Assembly: GCA_018649885.1 (NCBI GenBank)
Contig: JABIHA010000104.1
Location: 1 to 49,958 of the forward strand
Direction of reading: 5' to 3'
Source: Bacteriovoracaceae bacterium
GTDB lineage: Bacteria; Bdellovibrionota; Bacteriovoracia; Bacteriovoracales; Bacteriovoracaceae
DNA: 49,958 nucleotides
The notes beneath the pieces are model-generated. The model saw nothing but the letters and a program-made list of their open reading frames with translations, searched no databases and was not told where the DNA came from. Made by a program: the position numbers and the translations under genes. How positions within the stretch are numbered: position 1 is the stretch's first letter; each line of letters opens with the position of its first letter. This document shows positions 48,301 to 49,958 of the stretch, in pieces.

Positions 48301-49958
48301 CCATGTAAGGTAATACTGTCATCAGCTGTCATATTATTTGTTTCTTTTGCGACCCCACCAGAACCTGATACATCATTAATTCTGACAGTTGCTTGGGCAC
48401 CAGCACTAATTTCGATACCTGCAATGGTAGTCCCCGTATCATCAGTGTCTCCACCAAAGCTGGCCCTAATGACGGCGTGATCTGCAACTACAGTTGTAAC
48501 ATCTGCGTTGAAAGTGACACTTGTGGCAGCTGATACAGAGTTGACACTGGCATTGAATGATCCTTTATCGTTGACGAAGGTCCAGTCTGCAGCGACATTA
48601 GCAATCCAGTTGCTGTCACCATCGTATGATGAAGCATATAAGAGGTCTGTTTGATCGGCAGTTAGAGTATTGGTATCTAATTCACTTCCACCAGATCCGG
48701 CAGCATCATTAATTTTGATAGAGGCCTGAGCACCGACATTAATTTCGATACCAGCTACTGCTGTCCCTGTATCGTCAGTGTCCCCTCCAAAGCTTGCTCT
48801 AATAACAGCATGATCTGCAGCTGAAGTAGTAACATCGGCATTAAAAGTGACACTTGTGGCAGCGGATACTGAATTGACGCTGGCATTGAATGTTCCTTTG
48901 TCGTTGACAAAAGTCCAGTCTGCAGCCACATCAGCAATCCAGTTACTGTCAGCGTCGTATGATGAGGCATATAAGAGGTCTGTCTGATCAGTAGTTAGAG
49001 TGTTGGTGTCTAATTCACTTCCACCAGATCCGGCAGCGTCGTTAATTTGAATAGAGGCCTGAGCACCGACATTAATTTCGATACCAGCGACTGTAGTCCC
49101 TGTATCGTCAGTGTCTCCTCCGAAGCTTGCCCTAATGACAGCGTGATCTGCAGCTGAAGTTGTGACATCTGCATTGAAAGTCACACTTGTGGCAGCTGAT
49201 ACTGAATTGACGCTGGCATTGAATGATCCCTTGTCGTTGACAAAAGTCCAGTCTGCAGCCACGTCAGCAATCCAGTTGCTGTCACCGTCGTATGATGAAG
49301 CATATAAGAGGTCTGTTTGATCAGTAGTTAGAGTGTTGGTGTCTAATTCACTTCCACCAGATCCAGCAGCGTCGTTAATTTTTATTGAGGCCTGAGCACC
49401 GACATTAATTTCGATACCAGCTACTGTGGTCCCCGTATCATCTGTATGGCCACCGAAGCTTGCTCTAATGACGGCGTGATCAGCTGCAGAAGTTGTAACG
49501 TCTGCATTGAAAGTGACACTTGTAGCTGCTGATACTGAATTGACACTGGCATTGAATGAGCCTTTGTCATTGACGAAGATCCAATCCGCTGCCACATCAG
49601 CAATCCAGTTACTGTCAGCATCATATGATGAGGCATATAAAAGATCTGTTTGATCCGCAGTCAGGGTGTTGGTATCTAGCTCACTTCCACCAGCTCCAGC
49701 AGCGTCATTGATTTTAATAGAGGCCTGGGCACCAACATTAATTTCGATACCAGCAACTGTTGTCCCTGTATCATCAGTGTCCCCACCAAAGCTTGCCCTA
49801 ATGACAGCGTGATCAGCTGCAGAAGTTGTAACCTCTGCATTGAAAGTAACACTTGTGGCAGCGGATACTGAATTAACACTGGCATTAAATGATCCCTTGT
49901 CGTTGACAAAAGTCCAGTCTGCAGCCACATCAGCAATCCAGTTACTGTCAGCATCGTA
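45309..49958 (-). CDS. Giant surface/adhesin-like protein (5' end outside window): tandem 111-aa repeats and 14 RCC1/BLIP-II repeats
   Basis: Frame is open to the window edge; 14 CA...G.V.C(W/V)G-type units in the C-terminal ~800 aa. Confidence 0.88.
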   Translation of the reverse strand, partial: YDADSNWIADVAADWTFVNDKGSFNASVNSVSAATSVTFNAEVTTSAADHAVIRASFGGDTDDTGTTVAGIEINVGAQASIKINDAAGAGGSELDTNTLTADQTDLLYASSYDADSNWIADVAADWIFVNDKGSFNASVNSVSAATSVTFNADVTTSAADHAVIRASFGGHTDDTGTTVAGIEINVGAQASIKINDAAGSGGSELDTNTLTTDQTDLLYASSYDGDSNWIADVAADWTFVNDKGSFNASVNSVSAATSVTFNADVTTSAADHAVIRASFGGDTDDTGTTVAGIEINVGAQASIQINDAAGSGGSELDTNTLTTDQTDLLYASSYDADSNWIADVAADWTFVNDKGTFNASVNSVSAATSVTFNADVTTSAADHAVIRASFGGDTDDTGTAVAGIEINVGAQASIKINDAAGSGGSELDTNTLTADQTDLLYASSYDGDSNWIANVAADWTFVNDKGSFNASVNSVSAATSVTFNADVTTVVADHAVIRASFGGDTDDTGTTIAGIEISAGAQATVRINDVSGSGGVAKETNNMTADDSITLHGAAYDSDGNYISNPSGTWTFTNDKGSFLPGSDDNSETGASVTFYANQATIAADHCVINFSSGGDNDDTGTVNAGFEITAGALVNIRVESKSDGSGNVFTTGEYFNDVTSGTTMTLFSVGYDADSNYKGTESATWTFNSSGNQTSSNGVGTIVAGPAVSTTWTVLNVVGADAIIATAGAKSDDTGTMDVGYTAASGDALTNVTDFSIGYYRACAVINTDTVKCWGLALEPYGTSGYLGLEDDTVGSTLIPKTVQIDGGGGDLTNIEQVESVLYGSCAREKLASGGKVYCWGRSQQKGSSDAAKVIKIDAGTDLTNAVDIATGYWGSCAVLNDGTVRCWGSQDDHLGRNFPGSQTYAELVETSVGVSLTNVDKIVVDDRSACALINDGSVTCWGYGSSYRLGNNNVANVGYATAVVLDEAGGNFATSSIHGWGYETMRCGIKADKTVKCWGTGYMGNSTTINEKADFVWDGPSSNITDIVDLGVGDGFGCAVKEGNGTIHCWGNNSAYALGNNGTTNTFLYADQLVKGADGTTPLTKASDVEMGDKNGCALFPPSGILRCWGENDYGVVGNIRSGTEYRYAKNEVISVDSANPTWTDMTTVAEVKVGNNFACARTTGKKVMCWGQNNNCQIGNGEDCNKEYWQVPNDASGMAYVEKTGGVELTNVEEIDLGAWHGCARLTDGSAWCWGYNNYGQLGDNTTSTKNYAVQVYKDAGVTYLDNVTALAVGTYTSCAVISDNTLKCWGYNGSNGLLANGGTTNRYYADVAKIDAGTTLTNVASASVADDLICVVLTDNTAACWGKVFEGVCGDNDAALTKYADTKVLTSIGVETTDIAKIAIGGDHVLALTTANTVRSWGEKYNNNRTGNATDNRPFADEMMESSTGVSFTDASDITGGPWHSCVLKSTDKKVYCVGRNNVLMLGDGSRTQRAWLDSPVVDSALADVTDFTQIDSGANFPTCGVTTGGKVRCWGYGAYGIHVNGSRTEFGSGYTSEIVQRIAP
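47740..49958 (-). repeat. Coding tandem repeat, 333-bp period
   Basis: Equivalent codons at 48592, 48925, 49258, 49591 and 49924; two further diverged copies toward 47740. Confidence 0.95.

Noticed and set aside
879..49954. Short antisense and alternate-frame ORFs in the track (for example 879, 9222, 11667, 22590, 37469, 45324, 48755)
   Set aside because: They lie within well-supported genes and reflect codon bias or low-complexity sequence.
48400..49958. CRISPR array or diversity-generating retroelement
   Set aside because: Repeats are contiguous coding units without spacers; differences are mostly synonymous rather than adenine-specific; no cas or reverse transcriptase gene in the window.

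Overview
AT-rich bacterial chromosomal segment. The many orphan Cys/Lys-rich secreted proteins, a TIGR02147-type HTH regulator, a giant RCC1-repeat surface protein and FliA-like promoters suggest a Bdellovibrionota (Bacteriovoracia-like) predator; this is an inference. Intact conserved genes include radD, tag, chrA, an MFS transporter, MAPEG, an aldo/keto reductase, natAB-like ABC genes (permease fused to a CPBP protease), an OsmC-YcaO fusion, adenosine deaminase, acyl-CoA dehydrogenase and roxA. Between them lies a large accessory secretome: five HExxH zinc-peptidase domains in four genes within 7.1-17.2 kb, a papain-like protease overlapped by a DUF333-like gene, and several proteins with Gly/Ala-rich membrane-insertion hairpins. 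The ORF track hides a clear decay signal. At least five exported-protein genes carry frameshifts, nonsense codons or lost starts. A 47-codon chimera appears to join the start of a DUF4212 gene to the end of a sodium:solute symporter gene, which looks like the scar of a deleted operon. The window ends inside a giant adhesin-like gene with 333-bp tandem repeats and a double RCC1 propeller. No rRNA, tRNA, CRISPR array, transposase, integrase or phage genes were recognised.
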